A stretch of 64,000 nucleotides of DNA from Flavobacteriales bacterium (lineage in GTDB: Bacteria; Bacteroidota; Bacteroidia; Flavobacteriales_F; PHOS-HE28): positions 64,205 through 128,204 of the forward strand of contig JAEUTA010000021.1 in assembly GCA_016788205.1 (NCBI GenBank), in the 5' to 3' direction. Under the pieces are notes generated by a model. It did not search any database, had not been told where the DNA came from, and saw only the letters and a list, made by a program, of their open reading frames with translations. Both the position numbers and the translations under genes were made by a program. Numbering within the stretch: the stretch's first letter is position 1; the number at the start of each line of letters is the position of its first letter. Shown here piece by piece: positions 1 through 9,026 of the stretch.

Positions 1-3000
1 CGGCCTCGTAGAGATCGTTCAGCACGATGGCCTGGTCGGTATTCTCGTCCACCACGGCCAGCAGGTCGTGGCCGATGCTGCTGCCTACGGTATTGATGCC
101 GTTCGCATCGAAGAGTTTCCCCAGCAACAGCGGATCCTGATCGGTGATGCCGCCGTGCACGAAATTCTCATCGTTCAAATAGAGTTCCACTTCGGGCCCC
201 TGCTCATCCAAGGGGACATCGGTGGCCGTGCTACCCACCTTCACATCGTTGGCGTATCCGGTAGCGTTGCTGGTAAGACTTTCGGCATAACAGCTCACAC
301 GGCCGTTGCCCACCTGGTAGTTGATGTCCTTCGGTACCACGAACGTGAAGTCGAACTCGCCACTGTTGACCGTGGCCCTTCCGCGGTGGATGATGCTGTT
401 GCGCAGCATGAATAGGAACGGATTACCGCCATCATTGGCCAGCGTGGCTTGTTGCTGGGCTTTGTCGAACACGATGGGCACCACCTGCCCTTGGAAACCC
501 GCGTTGGGCTGGCCGTTACCGTCATCCACGAAGCCCCGGATGCGCACGGTGGCCAGCGCCTTCAGCGTATCTACGGCATTGCCCAACGTATCAGTGATGG
601 CCGTGATCCGGATCTCATCCCACGGAATGGCAAGGCGCATGCTGGGGTCTCCGAGCAGGCAGAAGTTGCGGTGGTTATAATTCGTCCCCCAATCGAAGCT
701 CATATCTCGCTTGGTCCTGCGTCCGATATCGCCCAAACGGTTCGGTCGGCCCTGTTCGTCCTCCTCATCGAAGACATGATCGTAGAACTTGTTCGCGAGG
801 TTCTCGTTCTGGTTGGAGAAGGCCAGTCGGGTGGTGCTCATCAAACCTACCCCACCGCCGCTCGGATTAAGGAAGACATACTCGCCGGCCGACGTGCGTC
901 CAGGATCGTCCCAACGGGAGAACTCGCAAGTGGCGGTCATGAAGAGCGGCAGGCGATCGGAATTCGACCAGCCCAGGATGGTGGTGTTGTCCAGGAAGCG
1001 CTCGTGGGCCCAACCCACCTCGCCACCGTGGCCTACATAATTGACCAGGAGCAGGCCCTTCTGCACGATCTCGCGCAGGTCCGCGGAGGCCTGCGGATAA
1101 CGCTCGCCACCGGGCGTGCTCACCTGCTGGTACGCATCTAGGTAGATCTTATGCACATTGAATTTCGGGTGCTCCGTTTCCACCCGGGTGGCCATCTGGT
1201 CACTTTGCGACATGTGAATGATACCCTCGTAATTGTCCCCTTCCTGATCATCCGATGCGAAGAGCACGTGACTGCGCCAATCCACCAGCCCGCCATCGCC
1301 GTTCTCGGAACAGCTGCTCCCCGTTAGGGAAAGCATTTTCAACACGTCGTAGCCAAGCACTTTGTCCACTGTTTCGTTCGCTTGCCCTAGCGAGCTCACC
1401 GGGAAACGGCCAACTCCGATATCCATCATATCCGCGGTTCCTTCTCCTTCATTCAGATCAAGCAGCCCGAAATAGTCATCGCTCGTGTACGACCGCGAAG
1501 GGTTCAGTGATTCTTCCGTCTGGTAACTGGGTATCAGGTTCTGGTTGTTGGCGACCACGCTGATGTTGTTGTACGAACCATCGCCAAAGAGCAGCAGGTA
1601 GCGAGGCAACTCCTCGGGCGTATCCGCATTATCATAGAGCAGTCGCATGTAGCGCTTGATGGCCGTCACGTCCCGCGACCCGCTGGAGAATTCATTGTAG
1701 ACCTGTTGTGGCGTCACCATCACCACGCTCAAGCCTTCGCTTACCCGGCGCTCGGCGAGGCGCGTGGCGGCGCTTTGCAATTCAGGCGGACAAACCACCA
1801 CCAGGTCGGTAGGGAGAGCTGTTGCGTGCAAATTCTGGTTGGGCACACGCCCGATCAGGGTGGGCACCAGGTAGTCCGCATCACGGAAAGCGATGAAGCG
1901 GCGCAGTACATCAGTGCTCAGCTTGAAGCGCTTGGAGGAGCCGTCGGTGGTGAACTCCACGCGGTGCACATCGGTGGGATCGGTGATCTCCCAGATGCGC
2001 GACACTTGAGCGGCCTGGTCCACTACGAACTCCGAGACCGAACCAGGCGCGACCGAGACCGTATCCGAGAAGGCCAGTTGCGCACCGATCATGCGCAGCT
2101 CGCGACGGCAGTTCAACTCCAGGTAGTCCAACCAGCCAAGAGAGCTCGCCGGGTTGAACTTGTTGAAGGTGATGCTCAACGGAACGGTACTACCCGTAGG
2201 GGAGAACGTGAGGTCCTGTGTGAAGTAGCGACCGTAGGGGCCTGTGTAGTTCTCAGCTACCCCGAAGATCGAAATGTTCTGGTCAAGCACGGAACCGCTC
2301 ACCACATCGAACGAACTATAGTTCGTCGTCCCCAAGGTGCGCGCCGCGCCGGCCACCGTTAGCGTGGCTGGCTCGCCGGTGAGGAAGGGGACCGAGAAAC
2401 TGAAGGTGTAGGAGAGCGTAAGATCGAAGGTCTCACCGAACCAGGTACGTCCCGATTTTATCAAGTTGATGAGGTCGCGCTCGATGAACTGCCGGTCGGT
2501 GAAGCGTGTAACGGTGGAGGTGGCGGGTTCATCGGAAAGAACGGCCGGGGCGATACGCACCGGATCCTGCACATCCAGCCCGACGAAATAGGTGGCACTG
2601 TCGCAATAGGCGTTCTTCGTGTGCTTGTACTTCCCGCTTACCCGATCCCAACGGTGCGCACCACTCGCGTAGAACAGGATGTGGTCGTTCGGTCCGAATT
2701 CCCCATCGCCCCCATCCACCACCTCGATGGCGTTCACCAACATATCGGTGGCACGCTCCACGCTGTTCTGGTAAGGTAGCTGACCGAAGTGGCTGCCATA
2801 TATATTGATACGGTCAGAGGATAGGTCGTTCACGTTCACCCCCATGCTCTGGAGGTTCTGGTAGGTCATCTTGTACACCCCATCGTTCAGCACGCTGAAG
2901 CGGAACCATTCACCACTGGCCATTTTCGACGTTGCGGGATAGTCCTTCGGTCGCCCTTGGCCTGCTGCAGCATTGTTCCGTGTAAGGTCCAGCCGGAAAT

Positions 3001-3460
3001 CGACGAGGCGTTCCACCTGGCCCGTAGCGGGGTTGGTACGGAAAGGCTCCACGGAGACACTTCCGTAAGGCAGCTTCCGCTCGAACGACACCGAAGCGCG
3101 CACCACAGGCGCTGGCGGGGCGTTCCGAAGTGAAGGCATCGCATCCAACTGCCCTTGCGGGACCACCTCGTAGGTGGCATCCTGTAGAACCGCGGTGAGC
3201 CCACTGGTGCCCGCTGGCAGCGCTACCACCTCCTGCCAGATGGGCATCGCGTCCCGCTCCAGATCCAGGTGGGCGTTCTTCAGAATGGCCCTTTTCGAAG
3301 CATAGTCGTATCCGACCTTGCCATCGACTTCAGCGGTTTTGACCCCGGTACTGGGCATGCGGTCGGCCCAGAGTAACGTGCGGGAAAGCGTTTCCTGGCC
3401 GACGGCGATGGTCGTAGTGCCCAAGGCCAGTGCGAACACGGCGGGAAGGATGGTCTTCAT
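1..3460 (-). CDS. Partial gene for a C25 (gingipain-family) peptidase-like giant protein. The start codon is at 3460 and the ORF runs off the window edge, giving more than 1150 aa in-window. It is a PorU-like candidate for the T9SS C-terminal signal peptidase.
   Basis: Minus-strand translation from ATG 3460 gives a signal peptide (MKTILPAVFALALGTTTIAVGQ), a gingipain-type N-terminal domain and a His/Cys pair (VNYVGHGGEVGW ... FMTATCEFSRWD) typical of Peptidase_C25. The ORF is open to position 1, so it is absent from the ORF track. The porU call rests on its size and position divergent from gldJ. The PorV-linked 1712-aa paralog at 37639-42777 is an alternative. Confidence 0.6.
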   Translation of the reverse strand, partial: MKTILPAVFALALGTTTIAVGQETLSRTLLWADRMPSTGVKTAEVDGKVGYDYASKRAILKNAHLDLERDAMPIWQEVVALPAGTSGLTAVLQDATYEVVPQGQLDAMPSLRNAPPAPVVRASVSFERKLPYGSVSVEPFRTNPATGQVERLVDFRLDLTRNNAAAGQGRPKDYPATSKMASGEWFRFSVLNDGVYKMTYQNLQSMGVNVNDLSSDRINIYGSHFGQLPYQNSVERATDMLVNAIEVVDGGDGEFGPNDHILFYASGAHRWDRVSGKYKHTKNAYCDSATYFVGLDVQDPVRIAPAVLSDEPATSTVTRFTDRQFIERDLINLIKSGRTWFGETFDLTLSYTFSFSVPFLTGEPATLTVAGAARTLGTTNYSSFDVVSGSVLDQNISIFGVAENYTGPYGRYFTQDLTFSPTGSTVPLSITFNKFNPASSLGWLDYLELNCRRELRMIGAQLAFSDTVSVAPGSVSEFVVDQAAQVSRIWEITDPTDVHRVEFTTDGSSKRFKLSTDVLRRFIAFRDADYLVPTLIGRVPNQNLHATALPTDLVVVCPPELQSAATRLAERRVSEGLSVVMVTPQQVYNEFSSGSRDVTAIKRYMRLLYDNADTPEELPRYLLLFGDGSYNNISVVANNQNLIPSYQTEESLNPSRSYTSDDYFGLLDLNEGEGTADMMDIGVGRFPVSSLGQANETVDKVLGYDVLKMLSLTGSSCSENGDGGLVDWRSHVLFASDDQEGDNYEGIIHMSQSDQMATRVETEHPKFNVHKIYLDAYQQVSTPGGERYPQASADLREIVQKGLLLVNYVGHGGEVGWAHERFLDNTTILGWSNSDRLPLFMTATCEFSRWDDPGRTSAGEYVFLNPSGGGVGLMSTTRLAFSNQNENLANKFYDHVFDEEDEQGRPNRLGDIGRRTKRDMSFDWGTNYNHRNFCLLGDPSMRLAIPWDEIRITAITDTLGNAVDTLKALATVRIRGFVDDGNGQPNAGFQGQVVPIVFDKAQQQATLANDGGNPFLFMLRNSIIHRGRATVNSGEFDFTFVVPKDINYQVGNGRVSCYAESLTSNATGYANDVKVGSTATDVPLDEQGPEVELYLNDENFVHGGITDQDPLLLGKLFDANGINTVGSSIGHDLLAVVDENTDQAIVLNDLYEA

Positions 3461-3638
3461 GAACAGCGATCAACAGGTTTTCAACAGAGCGGACCGAAAA
3501 ATACTACCTTCGACCCTTGCGTTTTGGAACACCCCACCAACGGCAGTGGTTCATTGTTATTGCCAAGATGGGGCAACCGTAAGACGAACGGCTTCGTATA
3601 CTTGGCGCGGAACAGAAAAGGCCACGATAGACACGAGC

Positions 3639-4616
3639 ATGAAGGAATGGACCGTTAGGCGTGCGGCCCTAGGGTGTGCACTGAGCGTTATCGCGGCGTT
3701 GTCGGCAACGGCCCAGGATCCCCAGTTCACGCAGTTCTACGCGAACCCGCTGTACTTGAACCCTGCGTTCGCAGGCACCGCACGCTGCCCCCGGGTGGTG
3801 ATGAACTACCGCAACCAGTGGCCGGCCCTCACCGGCACGTTCGTTACCACCAGTGCCAGCTACGACCAGCATGTGGACGGGCTGAACGGCGGTCTCGGCC
3901 TTTTGGTGACCCACGACCAAGCGGGTAAGGGAACGCTGAACACCACCACGGTAAGCGGCATCTACTCCTACCAACAAGCCATTTCCAGGAAATTCTCCAT
4001 GAAGGTGGGATTCCAAGCAACGTACTTCCAAAAGTCGTTGGATTGGAGCAAGCTCACCTTCGGCGACCAGATCGACCCGCGCCGGGGCTTCATCTACAAC
4101 ACGAACGACGTACCGCGCGGCGGTAGCGTTGGGAATGCCGACTTCAGTGCGGGCATCCTGGGCTACAGCGACATCTTCTTCGTTGGCTTCGCGGCCCACC
4201 ACCTCACTCAGCCGAACGAATCGCTGATCGTGGGGCAGAGCAAACTGCCCATGAAGATGACCGGACATGCTGGAGCCGCCATCCCCATAGGCATGAAGGG
4301 CAAGTACGGTGAGGCACGCACACGCATCTCGCCCAACGTACTATACCAGCAACAAGCCGCGTTCCGTCAACTGAACCTGGGCTTGTACGTGGACCACGGA
4401 CCGATCACGGCCGGTGTATGGTACCGCACACGGGATGCGTTCATCGCGTTGATCGGATTCCACACGGAGAAGTTCAAGTTCGGTTACAGCTACGACGTGA
4501 CCACCTCCAAGCTCACCACCGCCACGGCCGGCTCGCACGAGATCAGCATGCAATTGCAATTCAACTGTAAGCCGAAGAAGCGACGCTTCCGCGTGGTGGC
4601 CTGCCCAACGTTCTAA
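3639..4616 (+). CDS. Type IX secretion system membrane protein of the PorP/SprF family.
   Basis: Signal peptide followed by the hallmark N-terminal motif QDPQFTQFYANPLYLNPAFAG. Length is about 326 aa with a beta-barrel-like alternating pattern. The start was moved to the internal Met at 3639 (MKEWTV...). Confidence 0.75.
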   Translation: MKEWTVRRAALGCALSVIAALSATAQDPQFTQFYANPLYLNPAFAGTARCPRVVMNYRNQWPALTGTFVTTSASYDQHVDGLNGGLGLLVTHDQAGKGTLNTTTVSGIYSYQQAISRKFSMKVGFQATYFQKSLDWSKLTFGDQIDPRRGFIYNTNDVPRGGSVGNADFSAGILGYSDIFFVGFAAHHLTQPNESLIVGQSKLPMKMTGHAGAAIPIGMKGKYGEARTRISPNVLYQQQAAFRQLNLGLYVDHGPITAGVWYRTRDAFIALIGFHTEKFKFGYSYDVTTSKLTTATAGSHEISMQLQFNCKPKKRRFRVVACPTF

Positions 4617-4646
4617 GACGATACCTGCAACGAATCGCACAAGACC

Positions 4647-6407
4647 ATGAACCTGCTCAGGAACATAGCCCTTCTCACCGCTGGCGCAGCGCTCTTCAGC
4701 GCATGCCAGTTCGAGAAAAGCGGCGCCACCGGCTGGAACTACAACGATTCCAAGAACGGGGGTTTCGAAAAGACCGAATTCGCCGACCAGGAGACCGGGC
4801 CAGGCCTCATCCTGGTGGAAGGTGGACAGTTCACCATGGGCCGTGTCACCGATGACCTGCGCCATGAGTGGGACATGATCCCACGCACCGTTACGGTATC
4901 CTCCTTCTACATGGACGAGGTGGAGGTGACCAATTTCTACTGGTTGGAATACCTGTACTGGCTGGATCGCGTTTTCGTGGCCGACTATCCCGAGATCTAC
5001 AAGAAGGCACTGCCCGATACGCTGGTATGGCGCAGCAAGCTGGCTTTCAACGAACCCTACGTGGAGTACTACCTGCGTCACCCGGCCTACCGTGATTACC
5101 CGGTCGTGGGTGTGAACTGGCTGCAAGCGAATGATTATTGTGCCTGGCGTTCGGACCGCGTTAACGAGGTGATCCTGATCCGTGAGGGTCTCTTCGAACA
5201 CTATCCGAACCAGATCAATGAAGACCACTTCACCACGGACTCTTACTTGGCCGGACAATACGAGAGCGGTAAGAAGGTGGACGGCGTAACGGACTTCAAC
5301 CCGAACCGTGACACCCGTAACGTGCGCATGGAGGATGGAATACTGCTTCCGCGTTACCGCCTGCCGACCGAAGCGGAATGGGAATATGCTGCCTACGGCC
5401 TGTTGGGCAACACGGTGGACGAGCGGATCGTCGAACGTCGCATATACCCGTGGAACGGGCACTGGGTGCGTTATGACAGCCGCAAGAAAGGCGGAGCGTT
5501 CTACGGTGACTTCCGTGGCAACTTCATGCGCGGCCGTGGTGATTACATGGGTGTAGCAGGCAGCTTGAACGATAATGCGGATGTCACTTCACCCGTGTTC
5601 AGCTACTGGCCCAACGATTACGGCCTGTACAATATGGCGGGCAACGTGAGCGAGTGGGTAATGGACGTCTATCGCCCCTTGAGCCCCGAGGATAAGGACG
5701 ACTTCCGCCCCTTCCGCGGTAATGTGTTCAAGACCAAAGTGCTGAACAGCGATGGAGCCATCCAGGACAAACACGACATCGTGGTGTACGACGTGGACGG
5801 TATCAAATACTACCTCACCGAGTTCCAGACCACCATGCAGGGTCGTGCCACGGATGAGGAAGCAGCCCTTATCGATGAGCTCTTGAGCGCGATCGATCAG
5901 GCCATCGAGTTCAACAACACCCGCAAGCAGGACGCCGCTATGCAGCGTGTCCAGGACATGATCGACAACATCAAGGGCAAGGACCTTGAGATCTGCCCGA
6001 AACTACTGAGCGGGATCAGCGACTATCAAGCGGATCAACCCGGTGATGTACGCGTGCGCAACGTGACGGTGGAGGAGAACATCGACCGACGCAACTACCG
6101 CGCGAGCGATAACATCGACTTCCGCGACGGTGATGTTGAGAGCAGCATCTACTTCGAGACCCCGGACTTCGAAGGCAACGCGATGTACGACTGGGGCAAA
6201 ACGAGCTTGGTGAACGACCGTAGCCGTGTGTACAAAGGAGCCAGCTGGGCCGACCGTATCTACTGGGCAGCTCCGAGCACGCGCCGTCACCTGGACGAAC
6301 GTCAAAGTACCTCTACCATCGGTTTCCGTTGTGCGATGACGCGCGTGGGCAGCCCCAAGGGTCTTGGCGATGACAAACGGAGCAAGAAGCTCGACGAGAA
6401 GCGCTGA
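4647..6407 (+). CDS. gldJ: Gliding motility lipoprotein GldJ (formylglycine-generating-enzyme/sulfatase-modifying-factor fold).
   Basis: Lipoprotein signal with lipobox (LFSAC), then ATGWNYNDSKNGGF...ETGPGLILVEGGQFTMGR, an FGE-sulfatase-like domain. At 586 aa it matches GldJ rather than the roughly 460-aa GldK. It is followed by murF, as in Flavobacterium. Confidence 0.8.
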   Translation: MNLLRNIALLTAGAALFSACQFEKSGATGWNYNDSKNGGFEKTEFADQETGPGLILVEGGQFTMGRVTDDLRHEWDMIPRTVTVSSFYMDEVEVTNFYWLEYLYWLDRVFVADYPEIYKKALPDTLVWRSKLAFNEPYVEYYLRHPAYRDYPVVGVNWLQANDYCAWRSDRVNEVILIREGLFEHYPNQINEDHFTTDSYLAGQYESGKKVDGVTDFNPNRDTRNVRMEDGILLPRYRLPTEAEWEYAAYGLLGNTVDERIVERRIYPWNGHWVRYDSRKKGGAFYGDFRGNFMRGRGDYMGVAGSLNDNADVTSPVFSYWPNDYGLYNMAGNVSEWVMDVYRPLSPEDKDDFRPFRGNVFKTKVLNSDGAIQDKHDIVVYDVDGIKYYLTEFQTTMQGRATDEEAALIDELLSAIDQAIEFNNTRKQDAAMQRVQDMIDNIKGKDLEICPKLLSGISDYQADQPGDVRVRNVTVEENIDRRNYRASDNIDFRDGDVESSIYFETPDFEGNAMYDWGKTSLVNDRSRVYKGASWADRIYWAAPSTRRHLDERQSTSTIGFRCAMTRVGSPKGLGDDKRSKKLDEKR

Positions 6408-6427
6408 TCCATTCTGATCCTAATTTG

Positions 6428-6460
6428 GACCCCCGGCCCACAAGCCGGGGGTCTTCTTTT
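6428..6460 (+). terminator. Rho-independent-type terminator after gldJ.
   Basis: GACCCCCGGC-ccacaa-GCCGGGGGTC, a perfect 10-bp stem, followed by TTCTTTT. The murF ATG begins at 6462. Confidence 0.6.
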
Positions 6461-6461
6461 C

Positions 6462-7754
6462 ATGCCTATACGACCATCCATCGCTGAACTGCACCGGCTC
6501 TTCCTGACCTGTACCGGAACGAGCACGGATACACGAACCATCGGCGAGAACAGCATGTTCTTCGCGCTGAAGGGGCCCAACTTCAATGCGAATGCCTTCG
6601 CAGGAGAGGCGCTAAGCAAAGGCGCCAAGTATGCGGTGGTGGATGATGCCTCCGTCGCTACGGATGAGCGTTTCCTGGTCGTATCGGATGTGCTCCAGGC
6701 CTTGCAACTGCTAGCCACGCATCACCGGCGCATGTTCAGCATCCCTGTGATCGGTATAACGGGAACGAACGGAAAGACCACGACCAAGGAACTCGTCCAT
6801 GCGGTGCTCTCCGCCGATAGACCCACGCTGGCCACCAGCGGGAACTTGAACAACCACATCGGCGTCCCACTGACGTTGTTGCGCCTGACACCCGAGCACC
6901 GGATCGCGATCATCGAGATGGGCGCGAACAAGCCCGGCGATATCGCCGAGCTCGCTGCGATCGCGGAACCTACCCACGGGGTGATCACCAACATCGGGAA
7001 GGCACACCTCGAAGGCTTCGGCAGCTACGAAGGCGTAATTCGCACGAAGACGGAGCTCTATGCCTTCATCAAAGCGCACGACGGAACGTTGTTCGTGAAC
7101 GCGGATGATGAACTTCTGATGGGTAAAAGCACAGGACAGAAGCGGATCACGTACGGCCGTTCAGCGGAGGCCGACTCGAGTGGGAACGTGAACGGATCCG
7201 GCCCGTTCCTGGAGGTAGTCTTTACAGGAACAGATGAGCAAGCTTACCACGTCACCACCAAGCTCATCGGGGCATACAACGTGCCCAACGTGCTCGTTGC
7301 CGTGGCCATCGGGCAGCATTTCGGCGTTCCAGATCAACGTATCGCCGAAGCGCTTTCTGCCTACGCACCCAGCAACAACCGCTCACAGTTCACGGATACA
7401 GGGCGTAACCAGCTCGTGCTCGATGCCTACAACGCCAACCCCACGAGCATGGCGGCAGCACTGGAGAACTTCGCAGCGATGCAGAGCGAACGGCCCAAGC
7501 TGGTGATCATCGGTGACATGCTGGAGCTGGGTGCCGACAGTGCGAAGGAGCACACGGCGATCGTGGACCTTGTTGCAAGGCTGAAGCTTGATGCGCGATT
7601 CGTGGGCAAGGAATTCGCAAAGGCCACGCCCGATGCCATTGCATCTGCTGCTGACCTGAACGAACGCATCGCTGCTGATCCGATCAATGGAAACCTCATC
7701 CTCGTGAAAGGCTCACGCGGCATCAAACTCGAAACCGTGGTGCCGTCGCTGTAG
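6462..7754 (+). CDS. murF: UDP-N-acetylmuramoyl-tripeptide--D-alanyl-D-alanine ligase.
   Basis: Mur ligase P-loop GITGTNGKTTTKEL, 430 aa, MurF-like C-terminus. Confidence 0.9.
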   Translation: MPIRPSIAELHRLFLTCTGTSTDTRTIGENSMFFALKGPNFNANAFAGEALSKGAKYAVVDDASVATDERFLVVSDVLQALQLLATHHRRMFSIPVIGITGTNGKTTTKELVHAVLSADRPTLATSGNLNNHIGVPLTLLRLTPEHRIAIIEMGANKPGDIAELAAIAEPTHGVITNIGKAHLEGFGSYEGVIRTKTELYAFIKAHDGTLFVNADDELLMGKSTGQKRITYGRSAEADSSGNVNGSGPFLEVVFTGTDEQAYHVTTKLIGAYNVPNVLVAVAIGQHFGVPDQRIAEALSAYAPSNNRSQFTDTGRNQLVLDAYNANPTSMAAALENFAAMQSERPKLVIIGDMLELGADSAKEHTAIVDLVARLKLDARFVGKEFAKATPDAIASAADLNERIAADPINGNLILVKGSRGIKLETVVPSL

Positions 7755-7815
7755 GTCGACCCGTTGGGTGGACGCTACAGATGCGATCGATCAACGTCGC
7801 ATGGCCCCATCGGAC

Positions 7816-8985
7816 TCAGCCTTTCAGCACACCACGGCTGATCACGATGCGCTGCACCTCGCTGGTGCCTTCGTAGATCTGCGTGATCTTGGCATCGCGC
7901 ATCAGGCGTTCCACGTGGTATTCCTTCACGTAGCCGTATCCACCATGGATCTGCACGGCTTCAACGGTCGTACGCATCGCCACTTCACTGCTGAACACCT
8001 TCGCCATGGCGCCGGCCTGATCATAGTTCTGGTGCTGATCCTTCAACCAGGCGGCTTTCATGCACAACAAACGCGCGGCTTCGATCTCCGTAGCCATATC
8101 GGCCAATTTGAATGCGATGGCCTGGTGCTCGCTGATGGCCTTGCCGAAGGCCTTGCGCTCCTTGCTGTATGCCAGGGCCAGTTCGTAGGCACCACTGGCG
8201 ATACCGAGTGCTTGTGAAGCGATGCCGATACGACCACCGCTCAACGTCTTCATCGCGAAGGTGAAGCCGAAACCATCCTCACCGATGCGGTTCGCCTTGG
8301 GCACTTTCACATCCTGGAACATCAGCGTGTGCGTGTCGCTGCCGCGGATGCCGAGCTTATCTTCTTTCGCACCGACCACGAAACCGGGCATGCCTTTCTC
8401 CACGATGAGGCAGTTGATGCCCTTGTGACCTTTCGCCACGTCGGTCTGCGCCATTACCAGGTAGGTACTGGCCGTACCACCGTTGGTGATCCAATTCTTG
8501 GTACCGTTCAGCAGGTAGTGATCGCCCATGTCGATCGCCGTGGTGCGCTGGCTGGTGGCATCGCTGCCGGCCTCTGGTTCGCTCAGGCAGAACGCACCGA
8601 TCTTCTCCCCTTTCGCCAAGGGCACGAGGTACTTCATCTTCTGCTCCTCGTTGCCGAACTTCTCCAGGCCCCAGCAGACGAGCGAGTTGTTCACGCTCAT
8701 CACCACACTGGCGCTGGCGTCCACTTTGCTGATCTCCTCCATCGCCAGCACGTAGCTGATGGTATCCATACCACCACCGCCGTACTTGGGGTCCACCATC
8801 ATGCCGAGGAAACCCAGCTCCCCAAGCTGCTTCATTTCCGCCGCCGGGAACCGTTGCTCGCGATCGCGATCGATCACACCGGGCTTCAACACGTTCTGTG
8901 CGAAGTCGCGGGCAGCGTCACGCACTGCGATCTGTTCTTCGCTCAATTCGAAATTCAATCCGGCGAGGGTGGCGGTGTCTTGCAT
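7816..8985 (-). CDS. Acyl-CoA dehydrogenase.
   Basis: LSEEQ...FPAAEMKQLGELGFLGMMVDPKYGG... and the C-terminal YEGTSEVQR motif. The start was trimmed to the internal Met (MQDTATLAG). Confidence 0.85.
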   Translation of the reverse strand: MQDTATLAGLNFELSEEQIAVRDAARDFAQNVLKPGVIDRDREQRFPAAEMKQLGELGFLGMMVDPKYGGGGMDTISYVLAMEEISKVDASASVVMSVNNSLVCWGLEKFGNEEQKMKYLVPLAKGEKIGAFCLSEPEAGSDATSQRTTAIDMGDHYLLNGTKNWITNGGTASTYLVMAQTDVAKGHKGINCLIVEKGMPGFVVGAKEDKLGIRGSDTHTLMFQDVKVPKANRIGEDGFGFTFAMKTLSGGRIGIASQALGIASGAYELALAYSKERKAFGKAISEHQAIAFKLADMATEIEAARLLCMKAAWLKDQHQNYDQAGAMAKVFSSEVAMRTTVEAVQIHGGYGYVKEYHVERLMRDAKITQIYEGTSEVQRIVISRGVLKG

Positions 8986-9026
8986 GGGGTGAGGTGTAAG
9001 GCAAAAGTAGCGGATACCTTCGCCCG

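Noticed and set aside
449-2362. Track ORFs on the + strand (449-1141, 1706-2362) inside the PorU-like gene.
   Set aside because: They are shadow ORFs. The real gene is the minus-strand ORF from ATG 3460, which is open to the window edge and was therefore missing from the track.
3318-3638. N-terminal extensions of the track ORFs at 3318 (PorP-like), 11248 (exbB), 34664-36220 (pabB-like), 7816-9060 (acyl-CoA dehydrogenase), 48640-49563 (tatC) and 58602-59468.
   Set aside because: The upstream in-frame segments lack signal peptides or would overlap neighbouring genes. Internal Met codons give products of canonical length with a proper N-terminal signal or TM. Starts were therefore trimmed.
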